A DNA stretch of 64,000 nt from contig NC_135893.1 of the NCBI RefSeq assembly GCF_964194155.1, positions 21,018,001-21,082,000 on the forward strand, in the 5' to 3' direction. Position numbers and translations under genes: made by a program. The DNA is from Cetorhinus maximus. Lineage: Eukaryota. Position 1 is the first letter of the stretch. The number at the start of each line of letters is the position of its first letter. Below are positions 12,301 to 26,300 of this stretch, piece after piece. The notes under the pieces were generated by a model that worked only from the letters and a program-made list of their open reading frames with translations, had not been told where the DNA came from and did not search any database.

Positions 12301-15300
12301 TTTAAGACACAATGAACAATAAATCTATTTTGTGACACATGTTGTAACTCCCAATGCCTAACAGTCAAGAGATCTCTAATAATAGCACAAAAGGAGACAA
12401 GATCAACTTGACTAATAATATGAAGAATAAAGGGCCTCCTCAGCTGGTTTCAGCACATCCCATGATATACGTTTACAATTTTAAAATAGACAAGCTGACC
12501 CAAATGACAACGCTAGTTCACTAATAAAGAAGTGTGAACATGTCCTTCCTCATGTATACATCCCAATGGACCAAAGTCAGAGGTATTTATGAAAATAGAT
12601 TAGAGAACTGGTCAGGAAAATAAAATAATGAGATTAAAATTACAAAAATACAAGACGCCATTAAAGTGGATGACTTTTGTAAATATATTCAAGGCAAATC
12701 TTTATTCAGTGAAACAGCTGGAGCCCCAAAGAAGCTCCTGCAGCAAGTCAGGAATTGGCTGAGTCACAGGAAACAAAGGACATGGAGCTAGAGCAAGATA
12801 AAGGGAGGTGATTATTGGGCGGTTGAGGAATTAGTGATGAGGCTTTTTTTAAACAATGTACATAAATGATTCAGGGTGGGGACAAAAACAATGCTGTTGA
12901 AGTTTGTTAATGATATGAAATTTAGCAGCAGGGAAGGAAGAGCTACAAATAACAGGGATTAAGCACACCAATTACAGGAAATCTGGATGAATTATGGCTC
13001 AGTCTAACAGCTGCCAAATGTGGACAATTGCTGGTGGAGATGGGGAAGAAGTATTGGAACTGCAAGATGAATGGTAGAAGAATACAGGACACAATACAGA
13101 GAGGCATCAGGGGTCCTAGTGGATAATTTAAGACAATTTTGGCCATTGATTACAATCAGGAAATCCTGGTTTCAGGGAGGATACAGAGGAGGGTTACTAA
13201 ACTCAGAGGAGATTAGCTATCTGAGCTACAAGAACAGACAATGAAGTTGGGAATGTTACACAGGAAGAAAAACAATTAGGGAAGACCTTATTGAAAGTTT
13301 AAACTCTAAATTAAAAGTAGAAAAGTCATCAAGGTCAGTTGGCTTACATACAGAATAATGAAAGATAATGGGAAGGAGAACGCAGAGGCATTAACCATTG
13401 CCTTAGCTGTCCTGCAAATGAGACATTAAACCAAAGTTCCTTCCTTCTTCCAGATCAGAAGGGTGTTAAAGAACCCATAGGACTTCTGCAAGAAGTTCAG
13501 GGAGTTAATAAATTGCTTCCTCAACTAATACTGCCAGACAACACGGATGGTCATTCAAATCACTACCATTTTGTGGGATCTTGCTTTCACCAGTCACTAC
13601 ACTGCAAAGCAATTAACTTGATGTGAATCAATATGATGAAGTACCACAGCAACAAAAGCCTTTTGCTTTGGGGCTGGTTAAGAGGACCACAATGGTCTTT
13701 TCTGGTTCTGTACAATCCTGAATGTCTAAAAGCCCAATTTATTAACGTATGCAAAGGAACACTTACAGTCTGCCTGCCCTCCATTTCGAGTTTCCGCTGG
13801 CCACTGAGGATTTTATGTCCCACGGTTCCTTGTACACAATACCCTGGCATGATGACCTGAGAGAGCAACCAAGCATATTAGAGCCCAGGTGATATTTAAT
13901 TTTGAACTTATAGCTGAGAAAAGGCAAACGTTGAAAACTAGGTGTCAGTGGGCCTGCTGTCTTACCATATTTTTATCATTGCCTGCCCATTTCCTGAAAA
14001 TCTGGAGGGATTGCCCAGCGTGAAGCATGCCTGGCGTAGCAAAGACAACCTGAGGGGAAAAAAAAATCAACCTTCAAGATGACTAATTCATTCAAATATC
14101 ATGGTACAAACTTTTACATTTTAATTTCATAGTCAAATAGAGCACAATTGTGAGGATAATGAAATATAATGACTGAACAAATCAAAACGCCAAAGACAGC
14201 TAAAGTATAATCGATAGTAATTAAGGACAGGTAAACATTTCGAATACAGGCAATTCAAACAATTATTAGAATCTCCAAAAATCCAGTAATCCACACCAAC
14301 CTGGAAACCGGAAGCCCAAATTCTGGCTCATTCCAAATGTTATTTTTGTTGGGGTATAGAGCAAGGTGCTGAAAATAAGATAGGGTGAGATTTTGTTGGT
14401 TCTAATTCGGGATTGGGCATTTTTGCCCAAAGCTCCAAGTAGGATTTTGTACAAATTTAATATCCAGAACAGTTTTATGAGAGCCTAATTTTCTTTTCAA
14501 AAGCATAACTCTACATTTGTGAATTCCCAAGTACTGGTACACAGCTACCAGTGTAGGAAACCATTCAGCTAAATAGGCCAGAAGTCTCAGATTTGGTCTA
14601 GTCAGTTATTTAATCTCATTAAAATGGTAGCTGAGTCACTACAATTGGCTTCAGTGCCACCAGGCTAAGGAGTGAGAATACAACCACAACTGGTGTTCCT
14701 GTGCCTGACCACTATCCAGGAATCCCTGATGGAATGCAATGGGTTGTTCTTGGGTGAGTACAGGGATAGGTTTGACAGTATGCCCTTTATGGTTGAATAG
14801 TCTGACAACATTCACACATAAAGAGTCCTCACTCTGATAAGCTGTCAGCACCCATGGAACTACACTTTTGTTGTAACTGACACAAAGAGGATAGAGAAAG
14901 AAGTTTAAAATCAGTGTCTGGGTTGTTCAAATATATTGGACATAAACTAGATAGACAGAGCTAGGGAGTCAAAGGGTAAAATTTTTTGCTTGGCGGGTGG
15001 GTGCGCACCCGACCCAACCGAGCGTAAAATGATGTGAGATGATGTCGGGAGAGTGTCATAGTGCACTCACGCGATATTTCGGTCGGCGGGCGTGCGCCAG
15101 AGTTGGCAGCCTGCCCGCTGACAATTAAAAGGCCTATTAAGGTCAATAAAAAGTTAACTATGAGAAACTTTTCACTGCCCATCCAACCTTGCGGTTGGCG
15201 GGCAGGCGAAAAGGCCAAGTGGCCTTTGCACTTTTTTGGAAACCTCATCCACGGGCGGGATGAGGTTTCCAAAAGCAAATAAAATAAAAACTTTAATTTT

Positions 15301-18300
15301 TCATTAATAGCATGTGACTCTATCACATGAGCAGGGACATGAGGGTCATGTTTCATTGCATTTTTATTTATTTTTTTCATATGTTTTCATCTCAGAGCTG
15401 CCTCAGGGAGATTATGAAGCACTCACTTGCGCGCATGCGCGAAGATCGTGCTCGCCCGGCTTGCAATCACCATGCCATCCACCTCCCCACCATCCCCCAC
15501 CCGCACAGGCAGCACTCAGTGCTGCCGCTCGCGTTTCACGCTTAAGGCCCGCCAGCGTGAAATCGCGGTCTGGTGCCGATTGCGGGCGGTGGTCAGCTTC
15601 CCAACCATCCCCACCCACCCCTGCCGAGCCCGCCTGACATGGGTGAAATTCTGTCCGTAGAATTTTGCAGCACGCAAAGACAACCTAGCAGTTTGGTAAC
15701 ATTCTTTTACTCTTTCACCATACCCTTTAAAATTTACCATCTCCAAATATTTACCAACTTCCTTTTTACAATAGTTATGAATTTTGGTTCCCTCAGTTTC
15801 TGATTAAGTATTCAATCTCTTAGCAACTTCTTGCATAAAAAGATTTCTCCGAATATCTCCTTCATTCTTTTGGTCACGATGTTAAATGAGGCCTTTCCAG
15901 TTACCAACTAAATGACCAGTAGTAGTAAAATCACTGCATTAATACTATTTTCCATTTAATCTAATCAAAATACCTCAATTTTGAGCACCTCTATCAAATC
16001 CTCCCTCAACTTTCTCTGTTTTGAGAAAAGGGCCCCAGTTTCTCTAGTCTCTGTTTGCAACTAAACTTTCTCACCCCATTAACACCTTAATTAGTACCAC
16101 CTTCTGTACCATTTGGGTTTCAACCATATGTCATGACTATAGGCATATAGAGGCTTTTAGTTCAAAATATGAATCTGGTCTATGTTAAAATGTTTATATC
16201 GACTCAAACAAACAAACTTTTTTGGAACCAGAAATTTCTGTACACAACTAAAAGATTTGAAGCAGATCGAAACAACAAGTCAAAATACGACAGCAACATA
16301 CCATTGGTCCAGGATTGTCGGCATATGTCCTATCAAATGCCTTGATGTGTTTGAACTCAAACATGTTCCTCTGTACAAATGTCTTCCGAATTTTCTGATT
16401 GGTCCATGTAATGAATAATTTATAATAATGGTTAGCTTTTTCTGTCAATCCAGTTGAGAAGTAAATTGGTGCCTTCAAGTTCATTCTTTCCCTGAAAGTA
16501 GACATGACAATCAAACTCTGAAACCGTCTTTATCAGTCAGTGTATTATCATGGGTGATTTAGCTGAATGAGAGTGAATTAGTGGGTAAATTCAATGTCAA
16601 ATTAATTATGAGAAAGAAATAAACAGACCGAAAGAAAAGCTGGATGAAGGGATAGACAGAAAAAAAAGCAAAAATTCTTTAAAAAATTGACATGGTTGAA
16701 ATTGCCCCAAAAAGTCCAAAACCTGGTGAACTCAGACTCCATGATGCAATAGCTAATTTTCAGCATCAGAGATGTTGACTTGCAGTAATTAACAATTACC
16801 ACATTGTTAAAAGGGTATTAATATTACTAATTACAAGCTCTAAATATCCAAAGCTGGCTTAGATCACATCTACTGTGCAGGTACAGCGCCTGCATGGTAT
16901 TCGAGGCTGTTTAACGGTTAGGCAGACGGCAAGATGCTGTTCTCACAAAGATAACTAATGTTGCATCTTGGACTGTAACTTTTTTGATATTCATATTTAA
17001 CCGTGCACATGCCTCACTCCTGCAGTTGCTGTACCACTCACACACACACACACGTGATGAAAATGGCATTAATCTCACCGTTATTTTGGCAGCAAATCTG
17101 GCCCATGGTGTTTTAATGGCCAGATGTTATGCTAACTAATTTACAACATATTATTAATACAGCTAATTTGTGCCATCAGAGCTGCAGAAAAATACAAAAA
17201 AAACCCATGCAAATGAAAGAGGAAGTGCTGGGCTGGGAGGAACTGACAGGAAGCATGGTGTGGGGGCACTCACTGTTGGTTTGCGGATGAAATAGATACA
17301 GAAACCAGACCTGTGAGGAAATGAGACCTGGGATTTGAGATTTGGAAGTACTCGGTTCATCTGGGTCTTCTGTGCATGGCAGGGGGTAGGAGCAGAGGGG
17401 GAAGATGGTGTTGATAGGTAGAGACATGGAAGACTTGAGTCCATCATGACTCATCGGTGGGGACTGGGAAGCACACTCCTATTTTTTCAAATTGCTATTG
17501 AACATCTTGTATAGCTTGATATCTACCTCATCTCATTTTCAGGAAATTTTGCACGTGAACAGCCAGAAGCGGTGAAGGTGGATGGGGAGCGCATTACAGG
17601 CCAGAGGCAGAAGTTGGTGGGGGTTGCAGAGACAGGGTGGGGTGAGTGTTGGATAAGCTGAAGTTTAGAGGATGGGAGGCCAACCAAGCGAGCATGGGAA
17701 TAGTCATGTCTGAATGTGACAAAGGCATAGAGGAGGTTTGTCCGCAGATGAGCTGAGCAAAGGGCAGAGATAGGTGATTTTATGGAGGTCAAGTGGATTA
17801 ATCTTTATAATTGAGTGGACTGCAGCTGGAAGTTCGGCTCGGGGTCGAATAGGACAGAGTTTGCAAATAGTCTGGATCAACCTAAAACAATGGTCAAGGA
17901 AGGGGCAATAGAATCGGTGGGGACCAGAGGCAATGTCTTTGGCTTTCCCGATGTTGAAATGGAACAAATCTGAGCTCATCCAAGACTGGATGTTGGAAAA
18001 ACATACTGACAACAGAGAGGTAGAGCTGGATGTCATTGGTGTACATGTGGCTGTGAACAATGTCACACAAGAAACATATTAAAAGTTGAATTTGTTTTTG
18101 CATTCATGTGTGCTTAGCCCAAAGGCAGGTCCTTGTCTGCCGATGTTTAACCCTGAGCCATTCTCTTGGCAGTTTTTGTCAGTGGTGGTTTGCCGTTGTC
18201 TTCCACTCTCAGGGGCAGGGGGCGATGAGGCAGGTCCCAAGTCGGATCATACGGAACGGGAATCAAACCCGCGTAGTTGGTGTTATTCTGATCTACACAC

Positions 18301-20291
18301 TAGCTATCTAGCCAACTGAGCTAGCCGCCCCCTCATATAAATTATTTATCACGTTTAACTAAGGGAGAACAAGAGAGGGAAGCCAAGTCAGGTGCAGCTG
18401 AAAGGAAAATATTTAAAACAGTATTTTTGCCAGACTTTATAACATATGAAACAGTATCTTTAAGCAATGTAAAGTCAATACTGCAGTTACATGATCATTG
18501 CTAACATCTGAATGGCTTTAATTGTTTAAGTACCAAGAAGAATTGACTGATTTTTTATGTAAGTGAGACCTTGGGACTGTGGTGATCTAAGGACTTGGGT
18601 AGGAGTTCTCAGCAAAAAAGCTGACTATCAGCTGGATTTCAGAACTTTTCTCAGAATTTTTGTAAAGTTTTGCAGCATGTGACTAATATCTGCTCACTGC
18701 CTTTCTACCCTCACGGAAAATAATCTCCATTATCTTTAGATATGCCATTTCTTTGAAAGCTGACAAAAATTACCAGAAGGTTTCCAGTAGGATGCAAAGT
18801 TCCTGGGCTCGTCCGAGGGCAAAGACAGGAATCAACACCTATTAAAATGAAGGTTTGTCAAAATGCATTTGTGACACCATTCTACATCTGGTTAAAAATT
18901 CTAAACAAGCATTTAAAAAAAAACACAGTACTACATTTATTCATGTTTTATTCATTGAGTTTCCCTGGTTGTCTAGTGAGTAAAGATGCTGACCAGTGTA
19001 GCACTAAGTCATTCAGACCATTGGGTCCCAGTTGTGCTTACTGGACTATGCTGAGAGCTGGGTGATCTCAGTCAACCTGTTGCCGTTAGCCTCAGTAATC
19101 TCAGATGGGGGGGTATTGTAGGAGTGAAAGAGGTGGGGTTCCGCTCCGAATTGCTGACTCCTGCAGGAAAATGGCTGCGTGTGGGTGTTGGGGTGTTAAT
19201 TTAATTGTTTTAATTGTGGGTGTTGATGTGTTGGTTGAGGCTCAGATGTGAGATCCCTCCTCAATGCGACAGCTGGCACTGATACTCGCTGTCTAGATTC
19301 ACACATTGAGTAGGGTACTGGAGGCTGTCTGGCATGAGGAAAAGGCCATTCAGCCTCTCATGCCTACTCCACCATTCAATTAGATCATGGCTGATCTGCA
19401 CCTCGACTCCATGTAGCATGAGGCAGTGTGTATAGGAGACGAGGGCAGAAAATTAGAGAATATTCACAAGGGGCCATTTTAAATTTAGAAAAATACCTAA
19501 CAATACTTGGGGGTGGGGGAGAAATCACTGGTTGTTCATTGGAGAATGGCTTAACACCACCAACCCCCAAACCCAGACACCATCCCCCAACCTTCCTCCT
19601 CCAAAGTGTACATTGAAGGCAAACCAAAAAAATATAACTGGTCAATGCCATGATCACCTTTGCAACCGAACAAGAGATCAGGCCTTCCCCTACATTTGGG
19701 AAAAGAACATGAGGGAGTGCTGAAAACCACATAGCAAAAAAAAGGAGCTGAACCTCTCAAAGTGATTCAACCTCTCGACATATCTTCAGAGTTTCACTTA
19801 AATTTTAAATCAGGACTAAATAAAACAATTCTTTGAAACAAATTATTTTCAATCATGCAATGTGATAATGAGAGGAAATCTACTCTGTAAGCTTTGCAAT
19901 CTCTGCTGTCGAGGGCAATATGCTACTTCCATTGTTTTCCCCAAATCATTTTATTATTGAACTGTGAAATACTTGTATTTGTGCTCAGACAGTGGTACAC
20001 CAAAGAACAGACTCAATGCTCTGCTGTGGAGATCGTTTGTAAACATATACATTTAGATTCCTTTCATTACATAGTTTTCACATTTCGGGGGTGAAGCCTT
20101 TTAAACCAGCGAGTGCGGCAGGGACTGGCATGCCAGAGTGTGGTTCCTGAGTCACACCAGGCGATGCTTAACACAGAGTTGACCACTATGACACAAGACA
20201 GGAGGCCGCCATCATGAAGCATTTTCAGCAGGGCTGGGCCAGCAGGCTCAGGATATATTGGAAAGGAAGCCGGGGCGGGGGAGGGGGGAGG

Positions 20292-20324
<33 letters not shown>

Positions 20325-23300
20325 GGTGGTCGAGAGAGAGGGAGCTCACTGTCACAAGAGCGGTTTCACACATGATTATATGAGAGAAGATCACAGATTA
20401 TGTTGCTCAATAATTGGCCTAAGATCAGGGAGTCAGGCTGCATCTGCAGGAAAGAGGCCCAATATAGTTGGATGTTTTGCTAGATCCAGTTGAAGCCTCC
20501 ACATCAGTTGCTGGGGTTCACAGATATCTCACGTTCTTTAGCTACATGTTTGTTGTGGGATTGTTGGCTTGCACCAAAGCTGAAGAACACCTTTTGCTGC
20601 TGCTTGGACTGAAAGCTGCAAGAGTCTGAAGATGGCAGAGGGTTCCTTGTTCCACTGGCAGTAGTCTGAGCAGACATGGAGCTGCTAAGGCTGATCACAG
20701 CTATTGCAGCTTCTGAGGTACCATTTCTACCTCCACCATGGTTGAGATTTCTAACTTAGGCTGGAAGGTGAAGCTGGGACCTTCTGGTCTGAATCATACC
20801 ACTCAAACAGCAAATTAGAAAATCAGAGACCCTACTTCCAAGAATCATGGACAAATGGCCAAATCAGAATACAGTATTTCACCATGTCTTGCCCTATGAA
20901 CATTGAAACAGTGAAATATTTTCATTTTTAATATAATATATGTGCTTTTAATAAGCTTGAATAATTGCTAAGATTTTTATAAAAATTTAAAAGTTCTCAA
21001 TACAAACAACAAAATAGACCAAAGTTGGCCACTAACATATATAAGAAACGAGTCAAAAGGAAAATTAAAGCCAGGCTATTGAAAAAAAATAATAGTCTGA
21101 AGTCCTTTTCACATGTCAGTTTGTCACATGTCAATGGTAATGCCCTCGCACCTCCCTCTTACCTTTGTGTAGTCTCCCAAACGTGTCTCTTTCTCTCTCT
21201 CTCTCTCTCCCCACCCCACCCCACCCCCACCCTGACCCATCACCTCCCTAGAACCCCCTCGTTTAACCTACTTAACTTGGCTTTCAAGACAAGGTTACAA
21301 AGCCAGAGGAGAATTACTGGTAACACATTAAAAACTTTACATTGCTCACACTTCCTATCAACAAAAATGCCACCTTTATAATGGAAATTGTAGCACCAGT
21401 AAAGGAGGCTGCACTCACCACATGACAAGCTTGAGTAGGCAGTGTCCATTTTGAATGTGGGCACAGGCAGTTCTCACAGATGTACAGACAAAAATGAGGA
21501 CAGAATATATAACTTTAAAATGGGGAAGTAACCATACCTGGGCCAAATGACCTTCATCCACCTGTTTCATCTGAAGATTACTCTAAGTCTTGACTACCTC
21601 TGTGCAAATCCATGGGAGACTGGTTAATACATGCTAAACTTTGAATGTTTTCATTTTTTCTTTCCTCACTAATCTCCTTTCATCTGTCCTGACATCAAAT
21701 CTAGGTCCATGGACGCTGGTTGCCCTCTTGTACTCAAGGCCCCACATCATAGCAATGTCCACAGGTTATCAGGCGACTGATGTCCCACTGATGAAGTTGA
21801 CCCTACCCTTATCCAACCCTTACTGGCACACAGCTTCAGCAGTGGCCACTTGATCCAGGGTGCAGAGGGCAGGTACAGCAATAAGGCTGTGATCAGTTAG
21901 TTCAACACAGACCAGACATTGAGCCTTGAGACTACAATAAGGCTCAGACTACAATAAGGCTCAGATCAGCTTTAGAGAGGTTACATGAATGTTTTAAAAA
22001 AAAAGCTGAAAGAAAAATGTGTTGAGTATTCAGGAAACACATCTACTTTTCATTTTTTTTTCAGAGTTTGATATTCACGTCATACCTTTCCACCCCTCTC
22101 TATTGCATCGTGCACTTTCTTCAGAAAGTCTCTTTCTCGGCAACGCTTCGAGTCTCGGATTGTAGTTGCGTACGTGGATTCCGAGATAAATAAATCAGGA
22201 CGACACTTGTCAATCCAAGCAGCTCTAACACAAGGAAAGGTAAGTCACGGTTTGACAAATTGCTTCAAATTCTTCAAAACATAGAATAATTGGTGTAACT
22301 GAAACAGGCTGTTTGGCCCATCAACTTTGGACTGGTGTTTTTCTCCACATAAACCATAGTCCATCATAGAATCTTACAGCATAGAGGGAGGCCATTTGAC
22401 CTATCGTGCCTCTGCAGTCTCTTTGAAACAGCTATCCAATTAGTCCCAATTCCCCCACTCTTCCCCCACAGCTCCGCAATCCCACCTCCCGTTTACTGCC
22501 CATGTATTTTAATATTCCTTTCTTTCAAGAAACTATTTAATTTACTTTATTTTCTGTTCGTATATATGCCCCTAAAGCATAATTTTTCTTCTATTGAATA
22601 AGACGTGTTACACTTGCAAAAGGAATCCAGTAACAGTAAAATATTTTCTAAATAACAACAAAATACAAGTGAGGTATCAAAGCTTCTGGAATTACCTCAT
22701 TCATTGAAAATGAAAATGGAACTCAAATTAGGATAAGGAAAACACAGTCTCTATCACTAGCTACCTTACTGAGCTAAAATGAAATAAGTGATAAACATGT
22801 AGCTTCTTTTCAAATCATCCGAAGATATCAGGAAGCGATTTGGACATCAATTTACCCCATGAGAAAATATATCCTTCCAATTGCAAGCCAGCCTGCCCCT
22901 CACAATGACAGAACTAACCTGCTGTACGTGGGGAAAGGATATGTTTAGACTGTGCCATCGCACTGAAACCAATAGAATGATCATTTTGGTGTTTTTGAGA
23001 ATCACACAAGACACTGTGCCAATTACAGGAAGGCAATCATGCAAGACCTGCAAATTTTTCCCTCATTTCCCTTCATCCATCTTCAGGCTTATGAAACAGA
23101 GGATAGTTTAAACTGCGTCATTTCATGAGTTAGGGTACATGGTTTTCAGATCCAGCTAATGAATCTCACATCCAGATCAAAAGCAACAGTGTGCCAACGT
23201 TACAAGGGGGCAACTGGCTTGAATACAAGTAATCTGTGGGCTGTATATGACCACAAAGGTTGACAAATGACAAAATCCATTATGTGCCAAACCTTCTTTC

Positions 23301-26300
23301 TAACTCAGGACTGTTTTGAACAGAAACCTATCCCATTTATGTGGAAGGGTGGATCACATAAAACCTTTGGCAACTGTGCACATGCAATCTTGGGCGCACA
23401 TTTTTTTAAAGGTCATTTCTGGCCACAGACTGGAGAAACTCCATAACTGTACAACTGGTCTTAAGGGCAGGCTGAGTCCTCAGCATCCATGACCAAGGCG
23501 GCTGACTAGCACAGAAGCGCATTTTTATATTTAATGCTAGTGGCTCCGGTGAAGGAGACAAGCAAAGTATCTTCAGGTACTCCAGCAGCAGTAGCACCAA
23601 CTCACTTGCTTTCAGCAAAGCTGTCAAACTTAGGTCTGCTGCCAATGGCAGTAAAGTAAGCGGGGTGTAAGAAATCACAAATCACAGAATTTTTACAGTG
23701 CAGAAGGAAGCCATTTGGCCCATCGTGCCTGCACCAGCTCTCCAAATGGGCAATTTACTTACTGCCATTCTCCTGCCTTCTCCCCGTAACCCTACACATT
23801 CTTCCTTTTCAGATAACAATTTAATTCCCTTTTGAATGCCTCAATTTAACCTGCCTCCACCACTCTCAGGCAAATGCATTCCAGACCAGGCTCACTACAT
23901 GAAAAAGATTTTTCTCATATCACTTTTGCTCCTTTTGCAAATTATCTTAAATTTGTGCCCTCTCATTCTTGATCCTTTCATTAGCAGGAACAGTTTCTCC
24001 CTGTCTATTTTGTCCAGACCTTTCATCAAATCCCCTCTCAGCCTTCTTATCTCCAAGGAAATTAGTCCCAACTTCTCTAATCCACCTTCATAATAGAAGT
24101 TTTTCATCCCTGGAACCATTCTTGTAGATCTTTTCTGCACTCTCTCCAATGCCTTCACATCTTTCCTAAAGTGCGGGACCCAGAACTGGATGTAATACTG
24201 CAGCTGAGGCCAAACTAGTGTCATACTCTGATTGCAAGAGTTTTTTTTAGATATATAAAGGGTAAGAGAGAGACAAAAGTGGACATTGGGCCACTGGAAA
24301 ATGATGCTGGAGAAGTAGTAGTGGGGAACAAAGAAATGGCAGAGGAACTGAATAGGTACTTTGCGTCAGTCTTCACAGTGGAAGACACTAGTAACATCCC
24401 CAAAGTTCAAGACAGTCAGGGGGCAGAGGTGAGTATGGTGGCCATTACCAAGGAGAAAGTGCTAAGAAAACTGAAAGGTCTGAAGGTGGATAAATCACCT
24501 GGGCCAGATGGATTACACCCCAGAGTTCTGAAGGAGATAGCTGAAGAGATAGTGGAGGCGTTAGTGGTGATCTTTCAGGAATCACTGGAGTCAGGGAGGG
24601 TCCCAGAGGACTGGAAAATCACTAGATAGAAGATTGGCTGTCTGGCAGCAGGCAGAGAGTGGGGATAAGAGGGTCCTTCTCAGGATGGCCGCCGGTGACT
24701 AGTGGAGTTCTGTAGGGGTCAGTGTTGGGACCAAACTTTTCACTTTATACATTAATGATCTAGATGAAGGAACTGAGGGCATCCTGGCTAAGTTTGCAGA
24801 TGATACAAAGATAGGTGGAGGGACAGGTAGTATTGAGGAGGCGGGGAGGCTGCAGAAGGATTTGGACAGGTTAGGAGAACGGGCAAAGAAGTGGCAGATG
24901 GAATATAACGTGGGGAAGTGTGAGGTCACGCACTTTGGTAGGAAGAATAGAGGCATAGACTATTTTCTAAATGGGGAGAGAATTCAGAAATCTGGAGTGC
25001 AAAGGGACTTGGGAGTCCTAGTCCAGGATTCTCTTAAGGTTAACTTGCAGGTTGAGTCGGTAGTTAGGAAGGCAAATGTAATGTTGGCATTTATTTTGAG
25101 AGGACTAGAATATAAAAGCAGGGATGTGCTGCTGAGGTTTTATAAGGCTCTGGTCAGACCACATTTAGAATATTGAGAGCAGTTTTGGGCCCCGTATCTC
25201 AGGAAGGATCTGCTGGCCCTGGAGAGGGTCCAGAGGAGGTTCACGAGAACGATCCCAGGAATGAAAGGCTTAACATATGAGGAACGTTTGAGGACTCTGG
25301 GTCTATACTCAATGGAGTTTAGAAGGATGAGGGGGATCTGATTGAAACTTACAGAATACTGAAAGGCCTGGATAGAGTGGACGTGGGGAAGATGTTTCAA
25401 TTAGTAGGAGAGACTAGGACCCGAGGGCACAGCCTCAGAGTAAAGGGGAGACCTTTTAGAACAGAGATGAGGAGAAACTTCTTTAGCCAGAGAGTGGTGA
25501 ATCTATGGAATTCATTGCCACAGAAGGCTGTGGAGGCCAGGTCATTGAGTGTATTTAAGACCGCGATAGATAGGTTCTTGATTGGTAAGGGGATCAAAGG
25601 TTATGGGGAGAAGGCGGGAGAATGGGGTTGAAAAACTTATCAGCCATGATTGAATGGCGGAGCAGACTCGATGGGCCAAATGGCCTAATTTCTGCTCCTA
25701 TGTCTTATGGTCTTATATACAGTGTGCAAGTGAGACACTTTGTGGATGCCTGTGGTATTACATGTTGCATCATAAATATTTTCTACAAAAATAAAAAGTA
25801 TACTGAATGGTAAACGCTGATCTAGAATTTATTTAATGGAATAACCGGAAGCTTATGTCAAAATTTACACCGATTTACAGCCTGTGATGCTTACACGGAA
25901 ATTTTTTGCCCAATTCATTAGCATACAGAATAAAAACCATTAAGAACAGAAATCAGTGTGTGGGCCCCGACAAAAGTCCTGAATTACCTGAGCACTTTCA
26001 TTCTTTAATATTTATACAGAAGAATGACGAAGTTTGAATTAATCAAACCATTATTTAGGTACATTAGGGACAGGATGCTTAAAAAGTGCAATCAAAGCTT
26101 TCTAAGTTTTAATGTTAGTCTGGTGTCCTACATATGCATTCAAAGATCCAGAATACACAGTGCAGGTCACAGTTTGGAGAATTTTCCAAAATGCTTTAAA
26201 AAGTGCCGCAGTTGGGATCTTTGACTCTGTGTCAAACGCTGCCAATGCGCAGCAATCTGAACGGAAAATGGCGGACATGGGAATTCAGCATCCAACCCTT

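Noticed and set aside
21929-21965. 17-bp tandem duplication agactacaataaggctc x2, and a similar short duplication at 6400-6441
   Set aside because: Only two copies; ordinary slippage.
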